DNA from: Octopus vulgaris
Taxonomy: Eukaryota
Length of the DNA: 64,000 nucleotides
Assembly (NCBI GenBank): GCA_951406725.2
Contig: OX597836.1
Location: forward strand, 18,724,001-18,788,000
Direction of reading: 5' to 3'
Of this stretch, positions 1 to 14,326 are shown one piece after another (the stretch's first letter is position 1; each line of letters opens with the position of its first letter). A program made the position numbers and the translations under genes. The notes under the pieces are model-generated. The model made no database searches. It saw only the letters and a list, made by a program, of their open reading frames with translations, and was not told the DNA's origin.

Positions 1-413
1 GAATCATACATGTACGCACATATATGCGCATACATACTTATATGTGTGTATGTGTACATGTCTTGTAATTTACGTATGCATATATATATGCGTCACGAGT
101 GGTCGGCCATCATCATATATATATATATATATATGCATTTAAAGATACATTTGGATATAATTATACTCTCATACACACTCACATATACAGGCATGTATGT
201 TATTCAGACTTACACGATACCCATACGTTCACTCAAACTTTCATGACTGGAAACGCCACCCAGCGGCGTTTTATCGGCTTTAACACGATATGTCAACTTG
301 TACAGAAAAGACCTACTTAACTTTTATATAACCATTTATGCTGAAGTCATCTTTACTTAGTTTTTCTCTTCTATTATTCAATTTTTACTCGTCAATATTA
401 TATTTCGGCTTAA

Positions 414-612
414 GGCGGTGAGGTGAGAGAGTCGTCAACACGTCGGGCAAAATGCTTAGTGACATTCCGTCGAACTTTACGTTCCGAGTCCAAATGCCGC
501 CGAGGTCGACTTAGCCTTTCATCTTTTATGGGTTCAGTACTGGGGTCGATGTGATCGACTTAGCCCCTTCTCCGAAACTACTGGTGTTGTGCCAATATGT
601 AAAACCAATATT
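414..612 (+). mobile_element. tRNA-derived SINE family 1 (Meta-domain-like core), tail type A, diverged
   Basis: Head GGCGG..., core GAGGTCGACTT-GCCTTTCATC, tail ...GTGCCAA..AAACC. Flanking 14-bp direct repeat CAATATTATATTTC at 393-406 and 606-619. Confidence 0.8.
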
Positions 613-789
613 ATATTTCAGGGACCAGGGTGTTGAAGCACGTGATGACAAGATGGATAAGTGGAAGCCGGAATATATGAGTTGTAGTATTTAGTTTCAG
701 GTGTCTAGGCCTAGATTTCGATAACCACCCAAGTCGTCTTTGACTTATTCTGCCGAGTGGTGCGGACAAAGAGGGTAGTAATTTTCTAT

Positions 790-856
790 ACTCAGAACGT
801 AACGACAGACGAAATACCGCTAAGCATCTCGCCCGGCGTGCTAACGTTTCTGCCAT
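790..856 (-). mobile_element. SINE family 1 head fragment
   Basis: Reverse complement of TGGCAGAAACGTTAGCACGCCGGGCGAGATGCTTAGCGGTATTTCGTC...GTTCTGAGT. Confidence 0.8.
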
Positions 857-950
857 GTATATATATGTATATGTACATATATGTATGTATACGTATATAT
901 GTATATGCATGTATGTATATATGTATATACGTACATACACACACACACGC

Positions 951-1370
<420 letters not shown>

Positions 1371-1594
1371 CTAGCCAGGTAGACAAACAGACAGACCGAT
1401 ACATTTTAAAAGGGTTTGCAAAATACTTGATACTGTCACACTATAAGAGGACAGATTTTCTACCTCATACCACATGTGTTTAAAACGAAAGTGTTCCTTC
1501 ACACATAAGGAAAATTTCATTCTAAAACGTTCGTGTCATTCTCGTTTCCTAAGAGATTATTCGAAATAACTAATAACATTTAAAGAAATCTTCC

Positions 1595-1641
<47 letters not shown>

Positions 1642-1824
1642 ATATAGGCAGAGGTGTGTGTGTGTGGATATACAGAAATGTGTAAAAAGTAATTATAGGA
1701 GTCGTATAACAATGACTTTTTCAATGCGTTTCTATTCGTGATGGCGGCCGTCGGCCCGAAATAATCAGTTAAGGAAATGGAATTTAAGGCTTTTCTTACA
1801 ACATATATGTGTGTATGTATATGA

Positions 1825-1893
<69 letters not shown>

Positions 1894-2317
1894 TGTCTGT
1901 GTAACTCGTCCTGTTCAAAAGGTGGTATTATATGTTATATGAAAAGTAATTTTCAAGTGATAATTATTATTGTTTTGCTGTCTTATAACCTCAACTCTCT
2001 TAGTGTCCGTTATGCTTTGATGTATATATATGTGTGTGTGTGTGTGTGTGCGTGTGTGTATGTGTGCGTGTGTGTGCGTGTGTGTACGTGTGTGTGTATG
2101 TGTGTATGCATGTATAGATAAATAGATAGATGTGTGTGTGGGCGCGTGTGTGTGTGTGTGTGTGTGTGAGCGCGTGTGTGTGTGTGTGCGTGTGTGTGCG
2201 TGTGTGTACGCGTGTGTGTATGTGTGTATGTATAAATAGATAGATGTGTGTGTGGGCGCGTGTGTGTGTGTGAGGGCGCGTGTGTGTGTGTGGGCGCGTG
2301 TGTGTGTGTGTGAGCGC

Positions 2318-2358
<41 letters not shown>

Positions 2359-2367
2359 CACACAGCA

Positions 2368-2529
2368 GAGGTGCGGTCGTGGCTATGTGGTAAGAAGCTT
2401 ACTTCCCAACCACATGGTTCCAGGTTCTTTCCTACTGAGTGGCACCTTAGGCAAGTGTCTTCTACTATAACCTCGGGCTGACCAAAACCTTGTGAGTGGA
2501 TTTAGTAGATGGAAACTGAAAGAAGCCCG

Positions 2530-2530
<1 letters not shown>
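2368..2530 (+). mobile_element. tRNA-derived SINE family 2 (CORE-like, Octopus OR-type), 5' part
   Basis: tRNA-like head, then GGCACCTTAGGCAAGTGTCTTCTACTATA (CORE-like CCTTGGGCAAGT motif) and GGAAACTGAAAGAAGCCCGT. Same motifs at 10941, 27820, 37755 and 55366. Confidence 0.8.
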
Positions 2531-2598
<68 letters not shown>

Positions 2599-3593
2599 GT
2601 TTGTACCCATATTTGTATGTAGAAATAAATGTAGGGATAAGCAAGTTAGACAGACCGATTTATAAAGTTTTGTTATACCAATGCACGAAATACAAGAAAT
2701 GTATATAAAAAATGTATAAAATAAATACCTCTCATGCATAGGGGTTGAGAAGTAAACTTCTTTATTTCATATAATTTGCCACAAGGGCATCACACAGATG
2801 GAAGCTTTGCGGGCTGGACACGGACATTACTGGTATGAATGATGGTGATGCAAAAATGATGATGATGGGAAAAGACGAAAAGCGCCCGCCGACTTTCGCT
2901 TCTCCAAAACAATGTGTTTTTTTTTCCTTTTTCCCCAAAAACACAATGAGGCAATAAACCTCTTACTTAAACAACACAATGTTCAGCATTCTTTTTTTCT
3001 TTTTTAAAACACACAAAAAGTCACATGTTTCACATTTTCTAGACTCGTTCAGGTTATCCGGCCGACCAGTATCCTTGCTTCATTGAAGCATGCACCCGGT
3101 TCCAGGCCGGACCACACAGTAAACTTCTTACCACACAGCCACGCTTGCGCCTATAAAAAAAATGGTTCTCCTTTGCGTCCCTTTAAGCTCCGAGTTTACT
3201 TTTATTTACATCCCTTTGTGTCTCGAGTTTACTTTGCTTTCATCCCTCCGGGCTCCTTAAATTGAGTAACCAATTTAATACTGAGATTCATTGTATCAAA
3301 ATTAGTGGCCTTGTGCCTAAAGCAGAAAACCTTGTTGTTTTGTTGTTTTTGTTGTTGTTGTCGTCGATGTTATTGTTAGTTTATTGTTATCGTCTTGTAG
3401 TTATTCTTGTTGGTGTTAATGTCGTTATTGCTGTTTTCTCTTGGTCTTCGTATATTTCTTGTTCTACTCACTCTCAAATCATTCCTTTCTATTTTCTCTA
3501 ATGATGCTATCCAATTATATCTCAATTATATATCTACCAATTGAAACTCATGTTTTTCTCTCTCTCTCTCTTTTCGTCTTTTTTTCGCTCTAG

Positions 3594-3754
3594 GATGCGT
3601 CTGTATTTATCTTTGAGAAACGTGTTGCCGACAAACTGCACAAGCCACGGCGTCGAGAAACAGTTGCAGAAATACTGCGAAAGGAGGTGCACCAACTGCA
3701 AAGAATAAAGCATCCCAAAATTCTGCAAGTGTTCCATACTCTGGAAGAATGCCA
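3594..3754 (+). CDS. SCYL2: Internal exon of a SCY1-like protein 2 (SCYL2/CVAK104-like) pseudokinase gene; phase 0 acceptor, phase 2 donor
   Basis: Branch-like ACTCAT at ~3546, a long polypyrimidine tract, TAG|G at 3593/3594 and CA|GTGAGT at 3754/3755. Translates DASVFIFEKRVADKLHKPRRRETVAEILRKEVHQLQRIKHPKILQVFHTLEEC, matching the recalled SCYL2 beta3-alphaC-beta4 segment (VAVFVFDKK...GVQQLTRLRHPRLLTVQHPLEES). May be a paralog rather than the ortholog. Confidence 0.9.
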
Positions 3755-3852
3755 GTGAGTAGTGTTACAATTTTATCTCCTATTTTCTCTTGATACATGT
3801 GTGTGAGTGGGTGTGTGAATTAATATATGTTGTCAGTTGAAAATCCATGTTT

Positions 3853-3940
3853 GTGCAGCTGAAGATAGCGCTGAATTTAAATTGATGTAATAATTGCATT
3901 GTTCAGTTAAATGGATCCGCTTGAAACGGTTGTACTGTGT
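3853..3940 (+). ncRNA. Putative type I hammerhead ribozyme motif with long stem II (Penelope-like relic)
   Basis: Stem I GTGCAG/CTGTGT, CTGAAGA at 3859-3865, stem II AGCG...CGCT, GAAAC-GGTT-GTA at 3923-3934. U.U mismatch at the base of stem II. Confidence 0.55.
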
Positions 3941-4871
3941 TACTACTTGACATCCTGTTACTTATTTTGATTTTCTTCACCTTACTTTGAGCTGTGCGGA
4001 TGATACCGGACTGACATGATGCTTCAACCTAAGTACCTAATTCAAGTGAATCTTATTATTTCTTATATATATATAAAACTCTAGATCTACACGTACATGT
4101 AGGCCATTCGCAGAAATTTTAAACCAAAACAAATTTTCTCAACTCTTTAGAATGCCCAGAAAAATCACTATATACCAGTAGAAGTATGTCGAAATGGTAC
4201 ATTTATGATCAGATATCGATACCGGGACAATTTCTTCCAGATTCGAACGATCTAGAAGATGCAAAAAATATTGGTCTTCAAAGCGTTACATCCATTTTTT
4301 TGTCGTGCACGGCCACCAAGTAAATGAGAATTGTGATCACAGGCATTGATCTCCAGCAAATTAATTAGCACTTTTTTGAAATTTCAAGGTCAATCTAAAT
4401 AAGCACCATGGGGTTTTTAATGCAACTCTGGAGAAATTCAGAGAAACGAGAAGTTAATATTTTTTGGCGCAAAAACTTATTTTGTGCAGTATCACGTACG
4501 TCACACATTTTTGGATTCCCTTCTTAAAAATATAATCATACAATCCATGTACAAAAATATTTTTGTTTAATACTCGCCTGTATAGTCAAACTTTACTGTT
4601 TAAAAAAATGAATCAATACAATTCTTGTTCAATATTTTCAGCTTAGATATGTCACGTACGTCAGTCGAGGAGAGCCCATATACGTAGCTATACGTGCGTG
4701 CATGTGTGTGTGTGTGTGTTCGCGCGCACTCAAGTGTGTGTGTATGTGTAACCATGCATGTTCGTGCATGCATTGATGTGTACGTGTGTATGTGACAATG
4801 TGTAAATGTGTTCATTTATAAAATAATATGTTTGTATGGGAGTGTAACAGTGCGTACACATATATATACAT

Positions 4872-4913
<42 letters not shown>

Positions 4914-5339
4914 ATACATGTATAAGTACGTGGTTGCGTGCGCTCGCGTACCTGTTTATCTGTATGTGCATACATGCATCTGTATGTATGTATGTGAACT
5001 TGTGTGAATATGTATGTGTATATAACTCTATGTAAATATGTGTGTGTGTGTGTGTGTGCGTGTGTGTGTGTGTGTGTGCACATCTAAGTATGCTTGTTTG
5101 TGTGTGTGTATGTGTATGTATTCTTGTTGAAGATGGAAGGAGGAGGTCGTAATAAATCAAAGTTTAATTGAATTAATTACAGAAGTAATTAATGAGGCAT
5201 GACTTCTTTAGGCAAATATTTATTTTTTTATATATATCATATTTATTGTTTATTATAAGTATTTTTCTTTTTGGTGTCGGGTCGAGATTTCTTTTTGCGT
5301 AGAATCTCCACTTTTTGGCATTATTCATTCATTCCCACA

Positions 5340-5442
5340 TTGATGATGACGATGACGGCGATGACGATGGGTGGTGTTGGTGAATTGGGTTGGGTGTTGG
5401 TGGTCGTGGTTGGGGTGATGATGATGATGATGATGATAACGA

Positions 5443-5476
<34 letters not shown>

Positions 5477-5481
5477 GGTGG

Positions 5482-5539
<58 letters not shown>

Positions 5540-5600
5540 GGTGATGATGATGATGATGATGACGACGACGATGATGACGACGACGATGATGATGATGACA

Positions 5601-5645
<45 letters not shown>

Positions 5646-5697
5646 GTGGTGATGGTGGTGGCGGTGGTGGTGGTGGTGATGATGATGATGATGACAA
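5340..5697. repeat. Compound (GAT)n/(GGT)n microsatellite
   Basis: Directly visible; the source of the poly-M/D/G/H ORFs. Confidence 0.98.
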
Positions 5698-6188
5698 TAG
5701 GTCACGAATGGCAACAAGAGGACTAAGACAAGCCAAGATATTGATTGACTTATTGAACCATTAATCAGACGATCGATTACTGAATTGGTTAATTAAACAG
5801 TTAATTATTTCACTAATATGACTGACTCAAAGGTGAGACAGAAACGGTGGAGGTGTTTTAAAATGAAAAAAAAAATCCCTCTTCCAAAATACAAGAGCAT
5901 ATATGTGTACGCTGGTACGTTTGCAGTCAGAGGTCACGGCCATGCTGGGGCACCACCTTCAGTGCAATTCGTTTTTATTTTATACCCAATTCAAAGGTTT
6001 CCTCGCCGGAATTGACTCTAGTAGCGTAATGAGTGGCCGAGAGCAACGTGGAATTTAGTGGTTTACTCAAGAATACAGCGCATTGCTCGGTCCAGGAATC
6101 GAAACCGCTAAGCCACGCTCTTCCACTTATGTGAGTGTGTGTGCGTGTGTATGTGTGCGTGCCCGCGCGTATATGTATATATTATATG

Positions 6189-6603
<415 letters not shown>

Positions 6604-7214
6604 TCACACATTCACAGAAACCTAATCGCGTTGCATTTTGCAATAGTCATTCGTCCATTAAAAGCATAAGAACTGATTATAGTTGACGATTATATTAACT
6701 GATTGCTTGTGAAAACGTTTCGCAACACGTCTTTAACCTTCTCAATGAGTCCTCCTTGACATCTTCATGTCTCGGCGTCAGGTCTTTATATTAATGATGC
6801 TGATGCTAAATGATGTGGTCTGACGATATATATATATATAAGCATATGTGAGGATATGTTTCTGGTGTTCTTATGTATTGTGTTTATGTGCCTGTGAATT
6901 TATGTGTATGTACGCATTTTACTCAATTTCTGCTGTTCTGTCAACTGTATTAAATTCATTTCAATTTACTGAGGTGACAGAGAATGGTAGAGAAGGAGGG
7001 TTGGGCGGGGTAGGGTTGTCATTACCTTGTCTTTATTATAATATTTTATTTCTTCCATAAATCTCTGTTTTCGGATTTTAGGTCTCTTCTTTTTTCCACC
7101 TGTATAAACGTATATACATGTGTGTGTGTAGTTTAACTATGCATACAGATAGATGGATGGACGGATAGAGAGAAAGAGAGCGTGAGAGGAGAGACGGACA
7201 GACAGATAGATAGG

Positions 7215-7306
<92 letters not shown>

Positions 7307-7397
7307 CAATGCTCATACGTGAACATATTTTTGGTTGTACAAAGCCAAAAAGTCTGACAATCCAAAGCCTGGAGCCATTAAATAAATAGAAGAGAGT

Positions 7398-7478
<81 letters not shown>

Positions 7479-8451
7479 CACACATGCCCAACAACACACT
7501 AAATATTATTTTTAATTCAACAATATACAATATAATTAATGAGACCGAAAAATAATAAAGAATTATTAATTATCTTTCTGAAATATCTTCACACCATTAT
7601 AAAGTGTAATTGTAATCTCCATGCCTAGACTCTGTGTCTCTATCATTATATTTTTTCGGTGACATAATTAACAAAACAATGATAATTCTTCAGTTGAATC
7701 AATTGTTATGACTGTTTAGGCGATGGGTTTTAAGAATAATACACTTCCACAGAACCAGATTAAATGCCTTCTAGTATTGACATACGACCCTTTTGAGTTG
7801 TTTTTTTCATTATATTTTCACGTTTTTCTAATTCTGCCATATCGCCTTTGTCTCTCATCAATCGAGGATCGATGAAATACGTACATAACCCAAGTCGAGT
7901 GGACGACATCATCGATTTTGACCTTTCCCAAAATGTCTGCCTCTAAACTTATTTTAGAAATCAATCAATGGTTTCGCAGACTCGTCAGTTCTTTGGAAGA
8001 ATAAATGCTTTCTGGTATTTGTTCTGGCTCTCTACGGTTCAGAGTTCAAATACTGCCGAATTCAATTTGTCCTTCTTCATTTCAAGGTCACTTTTTTTTA
8101 TTCTTCAATGGCTTCAACCACTGGTTTGTAAGCATACTAAGGTCTCTCTCACACATGGACAAAAATACAGACAAATATACAAATGATAATAATGTGGAAA
8201 TGAAAAAATATAATTTATTTCGTTGTGTCTGGGAAGAGTAATTTTCTTTTAGTGCCTTATAATGTAACACACTCACCGGTAAAATTTCCACTTTTTTCTT
8301 ATTTTTATTTTCCTAAAATTTTCGTTGCGTCTTGCAACCTTTTCAATAGTTTTGACAAAAGAATATGCTTCAACACACGAACTCATATAAAGAATCTTGC
8401 AAACCAAATCCAAAATCGAAATATAACTTATTTCGATAATGTATTTGTTAT

Positions 8452-8650
8452 TATTGGTTTCAAATTTCGGCACAAGGCCAGCAATTTCGAGGGAGAGTTT
8501 AAGCCAATTACATCGAACTAATACATATTCTATCGACCCCGAAAGGATGAAAAAGAAAGTCAACATTGGGGGAATTTGAACTCAGACTGTAAAAAGGGAC
8601 GAAATGCCGCTAAGCAGTTTATCCGACATGCAATCGATTCTGCCAGCTCT
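8452..8650 (-). mobile_element. SINE family 1, tail type A
   Basis: GAGCTGGCAGAATCG head, core, and CTGGCCTTGTGCCGAAATTTGAAACC tail on minus. Confidence 0.8.
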
Positions 8651-8651
8651 C

Positions 8652-9000
8652 AAAATACTTAAAAAGAAGTTTGACAAAACATACACGAGAATGCTTCGTG
8701 GAGCTGTCAATCTTTCTTGGCGAGAACATCCTACAAAGTAGCACCTGTATGACAGTCTTCTCACCTCAGTAATCAGTTAAACAAGAAGCATGTTAGGCAG
8801 GCCAGTGCTGGAGGAGCAAGGATGAAATATTCAGCAATCTCTTCCTCTGGCCAGCCAAGCATGGACGTCCGGATATCGGCAGAACAAGAAGAACGTCTAT
8901 TGGTCAACTTGTGGAAGACACCGGATATCAGGTTCAGAAGACAGCAATGGAAGATCGGAAAATCTAGCATGGACGAGTGGCACTTATCCGGTCAAGTCAC
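8652..9000 (+). mobile_element. Degenerate RTE-clade LINE 3' fragment
   Basis: LKKKFDKTYTRMLRGAVNLSWREHPTK* aligns by eye with LERRLDGTYTRLLMGAQNLSWKRHPTK of the 57-kb RTE; stops and frameshifts present. Confidence 0.75.
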
Positions 9001-9011
9001 TCGACGGGATG

Positions 9012-9052
<41 letters not shown>

Positions 9053-9129
9053 ACAAATAGATAGACAGACAGACAGACTGATAGAGAGAGAAAGAGGAAG
9101 GTGGAGAGGGAGATAAAATTAGATTAGAT

Positions 9130-9207
<78 letters not shown>

Positions 9208-9436
9208 TTTCTTTACTACCCACAAGGGGCTAAACATATAGGGGACAAACAAGGACAGACAAAGAAATTAAGTCGATTACATCGACCCCAGTGCGAAACT
9301 AGTACTTTATTTATCGACTCCGAAAGGATGAAAGGCAAAGTCGACCTCGGCGGAATTTGAACTCAGAACGTACCGACAGACGAAATACCGCTAAGCATTT
9401 CGCCCGGCGCGCTAACGTGTCTGCCAGCTCGCCGCC
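9208..9436 (-). mobile_element. Full-length SINE family 1, tail type B (Tx1-like), inside (GATA)n
   Basis: Complete head-core-tail; (GATA)n on both flanks. Confidence 0.92.
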
Positions 9437-9438
9437 AA

Positions 9439-9520
<82 letters not shown>

Positions 9521-10639
9521 TTTTGACATAGGTACAAGCCTAGAAATTTTGGGACGGATGTGGGGAATATTCGATTAAAACCCCTGTGTATGACTGGTAT
9601 TTTATATTACCGGCTGCAGAATGATGAAAGATGAAATTGACCTCATCAAGATTCGAACGTTCATGACTGTAACTACTACAGCAAGACATTTTATCAGACG
9701 CTCTATGAAAATGACAATTTTGGGGAAGGGTGTCGATCGTAACCAGTCCTTTAAATCGATCCCAGTGTTGAGTACTTTATTTTACCTATCATCTACCCCA
9801 GTACTTTATTGTTACTTAATTTGATCGCTGATCGAACCCACTGTTTCTTTCGTACTTTGTTTTATTAATTGTCAATTACGTAATTTATTGGTACTTTATC
9901 TGATCGATTATTGAATCAGAAACTTCACTGATACCTTAATCTTTTTATCGATTACCGATATCCAACGGACGAAAAATAAAACTAAACGCAGTGGGACTTG
10001 AACTCGAGACGTAAATGGCCTTAGCTAAATACAACAAAGGCATATTCTGTCCAACTTTCTAATGGTTCCTCCAACCCACCTGCGGCGAAACATTGTCAAC
10101 AGCAAATTAAATGAAATAAACGGGAAAATTGAAGTAAATCTCGTGACAATATTAATACAGCTCAATAAATTATTTTAGACAATTTCCTACTCTAGCTTAA
10201 TTAGATTTTCAATGGGTAATTCCTGTCATTTAAAAAAATTTTTTTTTATTTTTCCCAGATGAATATATAAATAAATACATCAATAAATTAATAAATGAAA
10301 AATAAATAAATAAATAAATATAGAAGCTAATAGACAATGACTAAGTGTATTATTGATCAATTATATTTTCTCATTTCCATATGTAGTGTGTGTTTTGGAT
10401 ATCAAGTGTGTGTGTGTTTGTGTGTCCATGTGTGTGTGTGTGTGTGTGTGTTGAACGAGCCTGTGCACGTGTATATATATATGATTATTTAATATTAGCT
10501 GGGTAAATAACTTACAGCGTACTTTCCAAAGCTCATCTACAGGTGATACGCCGAAACAATTGTAGTGGTTCGGAATAAAACTTGTTCGTTCAATCCTCTC
10601 CAATCAATATCATTTTATAGATAATAGATATATATAGAG

Positions 10640-10641
10640 AG

Positions 10642-10736
<95 letters not shown>

Positions 10737-10737
10737 C

Positions 10738-10768
<31 letters not shown>

Positions 10769-10781
10769 CAGACAGATAGAC

Positions 10782-10840
<59 letters not shown>

Positions 10841-10861
10841 CAGACAGATAGACAGATAGAC

Positions 10862-10926
<65 letters not shown>
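10640..10926. repeat. (GATA)n/(GACA)n microsatellite
   Basis: Directly visible. Confidence 0.98.
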
Positions 10927-10940
10927 CCTATCTATCTATC

Positions 10941-11010
10941 CACTATAGCCTCGGGCCAACCAAAGCCTTCTAAGTGCATTTGGTAGACAGAAACTGAAAG
11001 AAGCCCATCG

Positions 11011-11060
<50 letters not shown>

Positions 11061-11290
11061 CGTGTGCATATGATTATGTGTCTGTGCTCGTCCCCACCCC
11101 AACATCGCTTGACAGCTGATACTGGTGCGCTTACATCCCCGTAAACTAGCGGCTCGGCAAAAGTGTCCGCTAGAATCAGTAATATGGTTACAAAGAATAA
11201 GTCCTGGGAGCTATTGGTCGACTAAAGGCGGTGTTCCAGCATGGCCGCAATCAATTGACTGAAACAAGTAAAAGAATAAGAAAATAAAAG
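10941..11290 (+). mobile_element. SINE family 2, 5'-truncated, with internal (TA)/(TG) tract
   Basis: CTATAGCCTCGGGCC...GAAAGAAGCCC, then a 3' part ending CAGCATGGCCGCAATC...GAAACAAGTAAAAGAAT; matches 55366-55746. Confidence 0.85.
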
Positions 11291-11291
11291 A

Positions 11292-11359
<68 letters not shown>

Positions 11360-11371
11360 ACACACAGATTT

Positions 11372-11433
<62 letters not shown>

Positions 11434-11760
11434 ATATATATATATATATACACACACACAGATTTGTGGAGTTACTTTCATTCAGTTGCAGAATTAATCC
11501 AATTATTCATCTCTTTCCAAGAGATATGCCAATTGCGAAGACAGCTCTATCTCTTATCTGTTGCTATAACATTGTTCTATTATTCGGGTCTCAGAATGAA
11601 GGACTTCGATGACCTCTCCATTGCCTTTCATCACCTCACAACACTCTCCGTCGGCAAAATCCGACATGATGGACTCATAATGATTCGCCGTGCACGTGTA
11701 TACAAGCGTTTAGTGTATGTGCGTAATTTTTGTAAACCTGTGTACGCCTATCCGTGTGTG

Positions 11761-11792
<32 letters not shown>

Positions 11793-11904
11793 CAAATATA
11801 TATATTTAAGAATATATATATATTTGTATATATATATATTTGTGTGTATACATATGTATGTATATGTATCTATTTTATATATATATGTATGTATACGCAT
11901 GTAC

Positions 11905-11948
<44 letters not shown>

Positions 11949-12205
11949 CTATAGGTATTATGTGTGTGTGTGTATCTAGTCTTATTGCGTAGCATTCATT
12001 TTCTTCTATCGCTGACACATACATGTACACATACACGCATATATATTCTTAAATATACGTGTGTGTGTGAATGTCTAGGTGTATACACACACACACACAT
12101 ACACACACACACCTTGTGAAGCTGAATCCCTCAATGGAAGTTCGCAGCGTTTGAAGCGACTATAATCCAACGTGAACATATTTGATTAACAAAACAAAAA
12201 CAACT

Positions 12206-12251
<46 letters not shown>

Positions 12252-13091
12252 TGTACACACACACACACACGTACACAAATACACCCACACCTTCCATAAT
12301 CCTTCCTAAATCCAGTTACCTATAATCGGATTAAGCTTCCGGTGTGTCTTTGATCAAGTTAGATCAGATGCCGTCCTTTCAGGAGATTGCAGGTTTATTA
12401 TTCAAACGTTGGGGTTTTACCCAGGAGAGGAACCTTTGACGAAAAACAGGTAAAACTTGATCAACGCTTTTTTCTTTTTCTTAAGGTTTCCTCTCTCTCT
12501 TTCTCTCTCTCCCTACCTCTCCCCCCTCTCTCTCTCCCTATCTCTATTCCTTTTATGAATCGTTTGTTTACTTGTCTTTCTCTTTGCTCATGTTTATGTT
12601 TGGATTACATCGATAAGAAAAGGATTTGGGATTTGTAGAATTATAGGAACTTCGTCAATGGAATGGTCAGGTTTGATGAAAGAATTATCGGAGGAACTTC
12701 ACTAATCCCAATCCTTGTTGATTCTTTCCCGAACGAAGCGTGAGCGCGCACACACACACACACACACACATACAGGGGATCCATAATATCGCCGCATCAG
12801 ATCGGTTGCTGCATCATGAAAGTATATGACATTACATATCTTACATCCCAACATCACGGCTCCGCTACAGTGCCACAGCCCGTAATATTAACCAAGACCT
12901 TAAATAGAATGTCAGCTCACCTCTTGTGTTTATTTTTATCTGAAGGAGCTGAACCCGCCACTGCAACTTAAATGATACCTCGAGCCAACGAGAGAGGGTT
13001 ACTATATCAAACAGATTTACTCGTTTTTTTCTAAAAGCGAGATATTTGTCCTCATATACCGGGGCCTACCACTAAACATATTTAGGCGTAC

Positions 13092-13272
13092 AAGGCGGCG
13101 AGCTGGCAGAATCGTTAGCACGTCGGGTGAAATGCTTTGCAGTATTTCGTCTGTCGCTACGTTCTGAGTTCAAATTCCCCTCGGCGGAATTTGAACTCAG
13201 AATGTAGCGGCAGACGAAATACGGCTACGCATTTCGCCCGGCGTGCTAACGGTTCTGCCAGCTTGCCGCCTT
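13092..13272. mobile_element. Two SINE family 1 heads fused in inverted orientation (fold-back)
   Basis: Arm 13092-13178 and inverted arm 13186-13272, with a 7-nt spacer. Confidence 0.92.
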
Positions 13273-13806
13273 AAATACTTTGTATTAGTTTTAAGTTTTA
13301 TCGACTCCGAAAGGATGACAGACTTGAATTCGGTGGTATTTGAACACGGAAAGCAAAGACCCACGTTAAATACTGCAAAGATATTTTGGTTGACATTTCT
13401 AAAAGTTACGTAAACCCACAGCCTTGTGTAAGTTATATTTTTTTTATCGACACCCTGAAGGGATGAAACGTAAAGTTGACCTCGGTGGGATCTGAATTCT
13501 CCGCAGAGAATCGAAACTAACAACACGATGCATTTTATCGGATGCTCAGCAACACTACCAATGTTCCAGCAGATATACAGATTTACAACAATACAAACGG
13601 CACCGAACATGAGATATATTCTCATGTTCTTTGAAAAAGCGTATTTCACCCGAAATATCGGATTATTATGTTTTAAGTCAAAATGTAATCCTTGCTTTTA
13701 TTTATATTTAATATTTCTCCGATTACATTTCTTCTTAAATAACTGTTATATATAATCTGCAATGCTCCAAGCAAACAACAACACAGTCACACACACATAC
13801 ACACAC

Positions 13807-13943
<137 letters not shown>

Positions 13944-13964
13944 CATAGATAGATACATAGATAC

Positions 13965-14051
<87 letters not shown>

Positions 14052-14326
14052 TATGTGTGTGTGTGTATGTGTGTGTGTGTGTGTATAACAAAGTGGAGTT
14101 GTAAGGTACCGCACGAGTGGAATTATATATGAAAGAAGGTTTGAAAATGCAATTTTTGTGTATGTATGTATAGAGTTAAACTAGAGGTTATAAAGACCGT
14201 CTAAGTGATACTTGTATCCAATGAATTAACTGGTGTATTACCTATATGTGATTATGAGTACTAGTATTAATGCTCATAAATGATCAGTAAGGAAAAGAAT
14301 AAACCGAAGTTTAGTTATATTTAAGG

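Noticed and set aside
1727-1780. Hammerhead-like GTGATGG-CGGCC-GTC-GGCCC-GAAAT
   Set aside because: Too many core mismatches to support without a family consensus.
3534-3798. Minus-strand ORFs 3534-3737 and 3607-3798
   Set aside because: Antisense shadows of the plus-strand SCYL2-like exon.
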